This document shows, in pieces, positions 1 through 64,000 of a DNA stretch of 64,000 nt (positions within the stretch are counted from its first letter, which is position 1; the number at the start of each line of letters is the position of its first letter). The DNA comes from Vicugna vicugna (taxonomy: Eukaryota): assembly GCA_013265495.1 (NCBI GenBank), contig MU058213.1, positions 6,159,149-6,223,148 of the forward strand, read 5' to 3'. Both the position numbers and the translations under genes were made by a program. The notes beneath the pieces were generated by a model. The model saw only the letters and a list, made by a program, of their open reading frames with translations. It had not been told where the DNA came from and searched no databases.

Positions 1-3000
1 AATTCTCCTGTACTCTTTCTAGGCAATCCAACCAATGAAGAATCACCTTATCAAACTGATGGAAATTCATAATTAAATGGTGGAGATACATAAAAACTCA
101 GGAGTAATCAACTTTTTAATACACCACTTCATTCACCTTCTTCCTTCACAGGTCCTTTTACAAACTTGCTGACTCAAAGCCCTTTCACTGTGGCAGGAAA
201 CTTACTTCTTCACAAAGCTAAAATATTCAACGTAAAATCATCTCTTAGTACCTGTGCACTGGGTACCCAAAATGCAACGGAGTCCAAGCAGAAAAAGCCA
301 CATAAATAAAGCTGAAATTGCTTATGATCTATTTCAAATCATTAGCAACTCAACTGTTGTTTGAAGGAACAGGAGCAGAGCCCACGTCAGCATTCCCACC
401 ACCACACAGCTGAGCACGCCTGCGTGTCCAAGAATGGGGCACAAACGTGTGCAAACTCTCCTTCCAAGCAAATCAGCATGAAGAGAGAAAACCTCTAAAA
501 GAAAATAGAGGAAAGGGATCTCCGAAGCCAGAAAACCATTACAAAGTCAGCAGAAGAGATCTGCCTACAGTTCCAATTAAGGCTTTTCTGTTTTCATGGG
601 TTTGGGAAATCTGAAACCCTTGAGAAAAACTCTTGGGTATGTTCAAAACAAGATGCTCACTGGTGAATTACGTTCTCTGTTTAGATGTGCAGAATATAGA
701 CTTCCTTGCCAAGGCTTGGAATTGAGGGCGAAGCTGCAGAGGATGTATGATCAAAGCAAAGCTCTATCATAACAAAGTAAATTGACCCTTTGTTGATGAG
801 AGATTGTGCTTGAGAACAAATGTAATGATTTTTGCAATGACTAAGATGAAGCTGAGGAGGGACTGGTTCTCACAAATCTTTAAGTCCCCAAACTCTTAAC
901 TTTCATTTAAAAATTTTTAAGAATAGCTTGGAAGACCCTCATCCTAAGCATTTAAGAGCAAACCTTTTCAAATTAGCATGAGAAAACACAGGGGCAAGGG
1001 CGACTTAAGTTGATGTGCCACTGGACATAGCCGTCTCTAGCTCAAAATAGCAATGGGTCACATTTACTGGATATGCATACTGGCCTAGACACCTGGACTT
1101 TCTCATTTATGCCTCACAGTTGTAAGAGGCAGCCACTGTCATCATTATTCCCCCTTTATCTGGACAAGACAACAGGGCCTTAAAGAAATAAAGTATTGGT
1201 CAAGATGATATAATTAGTAAGCAATGAAGGTAAGGTCTGAACCCAAGTCTGTGAGCTACCAAATCTTTTTCTTAACCATAATGTTAACCTGCTTCCCAAG
1301 GAAGACATAGAATAATTTAGTATGGTAGCAGAAGGAATTAACTGGGTGAGCTAGGATGAGAAAGAAGCCTTCAGGTTGTGGGATAAATTTGAGCCAATAG
1401 GGATATATCTTAACCATCAAAATTACCCTGAATTTAGCTCTGGGTCAACTTTAGATGCCCCCTGAGGTGGCTGGAAGCAGCAGCATGGATTCACCCTGAC
1501 TCGAGACAAGAAGAGCCCGCAAGTCAGGATGGAAAGCTACCGGGGGCACTTGCCCAACAGAAGCGGGACTCAAAATATGCAGACAGACGGAAGGTGAGAA
1601 GAGGCTTAGGGCGCCAGCTCCTTGTCCTACCCTCCACATAGACGGCTGACAAGTCGGAACTGGAGTCGTGGCTCTGCTCTTTGCAAGCTACGTGACAAAT
1701 CACTAGATTTCTTTGGGCCTCAATCTCCCCATCTGTAAACTAAGTTGGTTGAGCGAGAGGACCTCTAGTACCTTCATCTGAAGGCTGGAATAGATGTTAA
1801 ATGTCGACCAGTCCAATCACCTCATGGTGCTTGCATCTCCGGTCACATCTGCTCCTTCAGAGGCCCAGTCTCACTTGGATAGAGCTGCAGCCCAGACCAC
1901 CTGCCAGCTCTGAGCTCAATTCCATCTCTCTAATTTCAAAACTGGTGCCTTTGAGCCACACAACGTAGAATTTAATAAAGCCTCAAAAATCACGTGTAAT
2001 TAAATATAGAATACTCTTTTTTATAAACAATGATAGCAGGAGTTCTCACCAAATAAATATTCCATTAATTAAATCCTACAGAACAGTTTTCAATTTTAAA
2101 GAATTAGAATACAATAAAATACCCAACACTAAAACCACCTTGAACATATATTTAATTTTTTTCTAAGGAACTCAGTATCCCTGAAAATGCTTACACCTCA
2201 GGGATATCATTAAGATGATACTCAGTGTCTGCAAAACCCTGTGCATGTGAAAGGTCTAAGAGGAACGTGGCGAAGCATCTCTAAGAGCTGTCTCAGGAGA
2301 CAGGAAACAGGGAGAATCTCACTCCCACACAGAGGCAGAGGGTCAGAGAGACAGAGGCCACACAGTTCACCTAGGAGGGAACCACCGGAGGTGAGACCAT
2401 GCGCAGTGCACGCTCCGCAGACAACCTGGCTGACTTCAGGCTGACCTCCGCAGAGGAGAGCAATCCTGGACATCCTGAGCACACCGGGAAAGGGGCAATC
2501 TTGAGCATCCCACTAGACAGGTCTATGAACGAGGGAAAGGGGTCAAGTCTTCCAAGGAGGAGAAAAATGCTCCTACCACCACCCTCCTTTTAACAGGGAA
2601 TAGGCTGAACTGGGAACCCAGACCACTGGAAAGTGAGTCACTGCATCCTTGACGATCTGGGCCCCCTGAATGTGAACGTGACAGTCTTGTGACTGGGTTT
2701 TCCAGCCCAGAGCTAATTCTTATCCAGGACCTGGAAGTGAAGGCGTGAGTCAGAGCTTCGCCCAGACATCAGTACCTGGGGCCTCGAGAGACCTGCATCT
2801 CCTCTCTGCCCCCCGTGAACTCAATCCAGACACCGCCTCAGGGCTACTAAATGTCTCCACTTCTTTGATCATGATTGTCCCTAATCCCAGAGGACTCTAC
2901 CCTCTAGCTCAACACCCAGCCTGCACCTGACACTCTCCCTCCACAAAACCCGAGGCTCTTCCTGCGGCAACCCCCTCACGGCTGTGATCGTCTCCTTTAT

Positions 3001-3575
3001 TGCATGCAGTGTTCACACCCTCAAGGCTCGGGACACACAGGAAACACTCAGACAAGAAAGAGCCAGCGAACCCAACTGACAAGAAGCACCACGGTGTCCA
3101 TGAGGCTGGGGTCATCCGGGAGGGCACTGGGAGAAGGACACGCAGGATTGGTCACACAGAGCCAGATGAGGGGAACAGACAGTCCGGCGGGGGGTCAGCA
3201 GATGCACATACAAGTGTCCACTGGCAATCAAGCAGAGATGAACAAGCATGGCAGAGAGGGAGAGGGTGGAGGAGCACAATGTAACAGGAGAGCACACACG
3301 TTTTGTGTTTAGTATGTTTCATGCTGTATGCTAAATGCCTTAGATGGGCTGTGGAATTTAACCATCACAGGACCCGCCTGAGACAGGTGCCCAAATCCCC
3401 ATCTCACACAGAAAGCAAAAGAGGCACTGGGAGCTTAGGTAACTTGCTGACGACCACACAGCGAGGGATGTGAGCACAGGTAATTCAAGAAAGCTACTGT
3501 TAATCACTGAATGGTCCTATTGATTATGAAGATGGGGTGGTATTTAATTGATGTGACTCTTTAAAAAACTGTTTT

Positions 3576-4267
3576 CTTTATTTCAAAAATTTTTTTCTTG
3601 ATTTACTATGTTGTATTAGTTTCTGATGTACAGAATAGTTATTCAGTTATACATATACACATTTTTACATATGTATATATATTCTTTTTCACTATAGGTT
3701 ACTACAAGCCATTGAATATAGTTCCCTGTGCTGTACAATAGGGCCTTGTTGTTTATCTATTCTGTACATAGTAGTTTGTATCTGTCAATCCCAAACTCCT
3801 AATTTATCCCTCCTGACCTCCTTTCCCCTCTGGTAACCATAATTTTGTTTTCTATGTCTATGAGTCTCTTTCCATTTTGTAAATAAGTTTGTGTTATTTT
3901 TTTAGATTCCACACATAAGAGATATCACATGATGTCTGTTATTTTCTGACTGCCTTACTTCACTTCGTATGATAATCTCTCTGTCCATCTGTGTTGCTGC
4001 AAATGACATTATTTCATTCCTTTTTATGGCTGAGTAGTATTCCATTGTGTATATGTGTGTGTGTGTGTGTGTATTTTCTTTATCCAGTCATCTGTTGATA
4101 GACATATAGGTTGCTTCCATGTCTTGGCTGTTGTGAATAGTGCTGCTAAGAACATTGGGATGCATGTGTATTTTTGAATTAGAGTTTTCTCCAGATATAT
4201 GTCTGGGGGCAGGATTGCTGGATCATACAGTTAAGTCTATTTTTAGTCTTTTAAGGAACCTCCCTAC
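3576..4267 (-). mobile_element. 5'-truncated L1 (end of ORF2 plus 3' UTR)
   Basis: Typical L1 3' text (ttgaatatagttccctgtgctgtaca; ttcattcctttttatggctgagtagtattcc). 13-bp TSD aaaaaactgtttt at 3563-3575 and 4268-4280. Confidence 0.88.
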
Positions 4268-5014
4268 AAAAAACTGTTTTTGACTGGTATAATTAAAAAA
4301 AGAAAAAGTTTAGTGACTGGTTTTCAAAGAGTTACATGATTAAGTATGTTTCACACAACCTCTAAATTCAGAGTATGATCAGGAACCATCAGTTTCATCA
4401 CACAACACCTCCGTTAACACAACACACTCTCCACAAGAGGCTCCCAAGAATGATCAAGAATTCCTCTGACTTTGGGGCCAAGGTGCCTGTAATTCACAGA
4501 AAAGAGGGGCTTGCGAGATCCAGTAAGGAAGGTGCAAAAACTGCCCTTGTAAGACCTGGTAGCTGGGACATCATGTTGTACCCCAGAAATTGACACACTG
4601 TCACTGACTATACTTCAATTTAAAAAGACTCAGTAGAATTTCAGGTACATAAAGTTCTGTAATTGGCAAGTTTTGAGGTCTGGTCTCTAAAACCATCATC
4701 AAAGACCAAAATGTGGCTCTCAATTGTAAAATTTCTATGATAGTTTAATGTGAATTCTCTTAGATTCAGCGTAAAGCCATTTCCGCTTAGAAAGTAGCTG
4801 ACTATCATCTGCTGACTATTAAGCTCTGAGGTACTTAATATCCATTTGGGGTTTCAGGTTAGCCAAGACAAATTCAGCTTGCATCCTGTAACCCTTTCCT
4901 CAAACAGCGCCATTACTTCTGGCTATCTTCTATAACCAATTCCACTGACCTCATCCTGGCCCAGGGGTGTAGTTCCTGACTCCTAAAAAACCCTACCTCT
5001 TTTGGAATCTATTA

Positions 5015-60201
<55,187 letters not shown>

Positions 60202-60299
60202 CTGCGAACGTGAAACACAATTATTAGGATGGTTTCTTTTGAGGGGAAAAAAAAATGCGACTAAGTTCCCAAATATCCCTTACATCAAATGAGAAGGAG

Positions 60300-60520
60300 C
60301 GTTGCTGTCAACAGACCTGGATTCAGATTTCACCTCTGCCACCTACAGACCGCGTGAAGTGCGGGAAAGTTATCTAAGTGCATTGAGTCACTTAAGCTTC
60401 CTCTTTTCTCATCTGTAAAATGGGAGAAATAAGACCCACTTCACAGAGTTGCTATAAGGATTAAATAAAATAACATGAAAGCACCCAACGGTATCTAGGG
60501 TATAGCGTAATAAACGATCA
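60300..60520 (+). mobile_element. MIR SINE
   Basis: cagacctggattcag...ctctgccac...ttctcatctgtaaaatggga...acttcacagagttgctataaggattaaat. Confidence 0.8.
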
Positions 60521-62916
60521 ACGGGCTCGGGTAATTTCTTCCACCTTATTGTTCGGTAGAATTTACTAGTAAAATAAGCAATGAAACAGAAACGGTCTAA
60601 ACTTGTTTTGCAAATTATACGATGGAACTCAGAAGCGAAAGGGTATGTATCACACAACAGCTCAGTCATGTGGTCATAATTCCTCAGGCCAGCGGAATTG
60701 CTCTCCCTCCATAAACTTATCACTGTCCGTGTAACATAGGCCTTTCACATTCAAAAGATAAGTTACAGTTTGATGACCGGTCCCTGCTATATTAACAAAG
60801 AAATGGACAGGATGGCCTACACACGACCGCAGAGCATGCTACGGACAGGAGGGCCTCATCTGGCCCCACGGCCTCCTTGCATAAGTGGAGCTGTGGCCTT
60901 CATCTCCTTGCTGAAGTTACAACTTAAGACCAGAGGTAGCCTCTGAGCACCCGTGGCCCGGAGAGCTTGCCATCACGTGGCGTTTCTGCAGTGGACTCCC
61001 CTGTGTGTTCAGCTATGTGCTAAGCCCCAGGGTTAGGGGCAGATGGGAGCACTGCAGTGGCTGCACTTGGGAAGCTCATGGTCTGTTGAAGGACCTAGAT
61101 ATCCAGATGACTCATGATGTGTGTGCCTCAGCAACAGTCAGTATGTAAACACACGTAAAATGGGTGTTCCGGAAGGGGGCAGAGACTCCTCTGTCCTGGG
61201 AGGTAGAAGTAACTTCCCGGAGAAGGCAACATTTGAAATGGATCTAAAAGATTTTGAATCTGCCAGACAAGACTAGGCAAGGAAGGGTATTCATTACAAT
61301 CTACATTTACAGGGCTAAAAAAAAAAAAAAAGCCAATACATATGAAATAACAACAAATAATGCATGGCAAGGTATCAGACTGTCCCTTCCCTTCAGACCC
61401 TTTGTGCATCCAGTGTCACACGCTGGGCAAGTGTGGTGGGCACTGAATTGAGCAAGACTCGGCTCCTGCCTCCTTCTCAGGAGATCACTTTGGGGGGGAG
61501 TTTGGAAAAAAGGAGAAAAAAATTCTGAGTAAGGATATCTAGAAAGGCCACCTGCTCAAACATCAAAACTAAGAATGAGAAAAGGTAACAGGCCCTTTGA
61601 GAGGAAGGGGAGGTGGAAGGAAACAAGATAAACATTTTAAATCTCATTTTGAAAAATTATTTAATGCTGCAGGGAATACGGGTCCTTTAATAACAGCAAA
61701 TTCTAAGAGGCTCTGGGAGAAGTCCTTATTAAAAACCAGCCAAGGAAGGGGCCACCATAGGAAAAGTGCCATGTGTCCACGCTCCAGAAAGGGGTTCTGG
61801 AAAGCTTGCCACCCGTGAGTGCTGCCTTGCAGAGGGAAACGGTTTATATGATATATTTGACTTTCTCAGAACCACACGCGGCATCATTCCTACAAAATTA
61901 CCTCAAACCTCACCACTCCTCCTTCCTCTTGGGGCAAAACAGAAACAGAAAAGCACTGGCCACAGCATGACTCACTGGATCTCAATCGACTCGATTTCCA
62001 ACCAGGGAAAGATTCCTGGAGCCTCCTCCCCTCCTCCCCCCTCCCTCCTTTTCCAGCTTGAATATTCTTTCTATGCAAATTACTTTGGATACTAAACTAA
62101 GGTCCTAGAGCAACTAACCAGTAGATGTGTTTGTTTACTTGTTTGTTTATTTGCTTTTAACCCCAATAAGTATCCATCTACTTAAAAGAGGCCAAAAATG
62201 TTATTTTCTCTTTACAAACGTAAGCACGGTTGAACAAAACCAAAGGACCATTAAGAAGCTGTTATTTAACGTCTGCAAAGTACAAGCGGAGGAGCTCTGT
62301 GTCACAGTGTGTTTGTTTGTACTGATCCCCAGAAATGCCTTCTCTAGGTAACCCAAGTAGGTCTTGGTGTCCAATCCAACCGTTTCTTCTCTCAATCCAG
62401 AGTGATGAGTCACTGCTTGTCCCATCTCAAAGGTAGTGTCCTCTTTCTGTTGGCAGTTACCCACCCCCCAACCCACCCCAGAAAAACAGGGCTCACTGTG
62501 AAGTTCATTGATTCTCATGGTCTCAAATATCCCTCTGCACTAAAGAGTCCCACCCCTGGGTGGGTCTCCAGACTTCTATCTGCAAGAAGATAAAGGACCA
62601 ACAGTATGATTGACAGTTACTGTAAGTAAGGCAATGAACCGTTTGATTGGAGGCAGTCACTCCTTCTGCTATTCCAAACAACCCTACGAGAGAGGGGTTA
62701 ACATGCCCAGACGACATGCAAGGAAACGGATGTTCCAAACAGGAAGCAGCAAAGGCAAGACATGAACAAAAGTCTATGATTATAAACTCAACCAAACACC
62801 ATGGTTTCTTCACACTGTCTCCCTAGTGACCTACTGGGTATTTCCACCTGGTAAGTTTAAATGGCAACAGAATGGTAGACCGTTTCCAACACCAAATTTG
62901 TCATTAAAAAGACAAA

Positions 62917-63075
62917 CAGTTGGCTGCATCCACAGATTCAACCCACCATGGACTGCAGCTAAGGAGAGTCAACAGTAGGATGCCATTCTATAGAAAAGAC
63001 TTGAGCATCCAGGGATTTTGGTATCCGTGGGGGTCCTGGAAACAATCCCCAGCAGACACGGAGGGAGGATCGTGC
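62917..63075 (+). mobile_element. MER2/Tigger3-like TcMar relic
   Basis: gcatccacagattcaacc...gacttgagcatccagggattttggtatccgtgggggtcctggaaacaatcccc...gagggag. Confidence 0.75.
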
Positions 63076-64000
63076 ATCTTTGATAATGACCACCTTCTCT
63101 TAGCATCAAACACTAAAAAAACACGGGAGCTATTTTTCATTTGACACTGGTCACAAATCTCTCTCTCTCCCGCACTTTCCCCCAGGCAATTATAGTTATA
63201 TATGTGAACTCATTCAATCTTCACAATCATCCCCATACTGTATATTATCATCTCCTTTCGCTGATTTTTTAAAAGTAAATTGCCCAAGGTCTTGTAGCTT
63301 GTCTTTATTAACCCCCATACTTACTATGCCTTTCTCCCCCTGCCCCTAAAAAAAAAAAATTAAAAAAAAAAAAAAACCAGTTCAGTTGAGGTAAAGGGAA
63401 GGAGTGAAGGTAGGGGTAAGATTGGGAACAATCTGAACCTTTGGGGAAAGGCTGACCCGCCCAGGGTGCCGAGGACAAGGGCAGAACCCACTGACAGCTA
63501 AATGAATGAAAGCTGGGGTGGCCCGGGCAGTTCCAGCACAGGTTGAGAACTGGATCAGGGAACCTGGAAACCAAATACGAATGCACAGGCTCTCATCCCA
63601 GCCCAGGGAAGCTTAAAAGTTCCCCACAGTGAAAAAGAAGAACTGCCCTGTTTTTCTAGAGGGGACCACAGTGTTTGATCATAGCGTGACTTGCCTGGAG
63701 GCCTTCCTTGGAATACAGCCACTGACAGGCAGTAAGTGGGGAGCAGAGTGGGAAAGCGTTATTCATCTAGGACAGCCTACTGTCCTAGAACTGCGTGGAC
63801 CTGAGCAATGTTTCCGGGACAAATGACTCTGACCCTTTTGTTTCTTCCTTCCACCCCCGACTGGGAAGGTAGGGGCAAAATGGGCCGCCACGCGTGCTGG
63901 GAGGAGATACAGAGGGACGGGGACCTCCCCGTCCGTGTGGAGGCGGGCCACTGTCCTCAGAGGGCAAAGGTCCAGTTTACCAGGTTATCGCCTCAACAAG

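Overview
Mammalian genomic DNA, most likely a camelid (alpaca, llama or camel), judged from seven copies of a tRNA-derived SINE resembling the Vic-1 family. The window lies entirely inside the MYO1E (unconventional myosin IE) gene on the minus strand. I traced 15 consecutive coding exons (exons 2-16 by human numbering, 60201 down to 5036, 1695 nt). All have GT-AG boundaries and join in one reading frame, encoding most of the motor domain (P-loop, switch I, switch II). Exon 1 and exons 17 onward are outside the window. The introns hold the usual mammalian repeats (L1, L2, MIR, MaLR/ERVL LTRs, Tigger and hAT elements, microsatellites). I found no new multi-gene system, and most ORF-track entries are spurious. 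The most notable observations are: (1) intron 2 is a minor-spliceosome (U12) GT-AG intron; (2) two internal L1 ORF2 fragments are flanked by target-site duplications but have no 3' end, consistent with internal priming; (3) two tiny polyadenylated retro-insertions, one resembling the 3' end of an ERV1 LTR transcript; (4) a closely spaced inverted SINE pair; (5) a weak GTTTTC donor at exon 7. Repeat family names come from recalled consensus sequences, not a database search.
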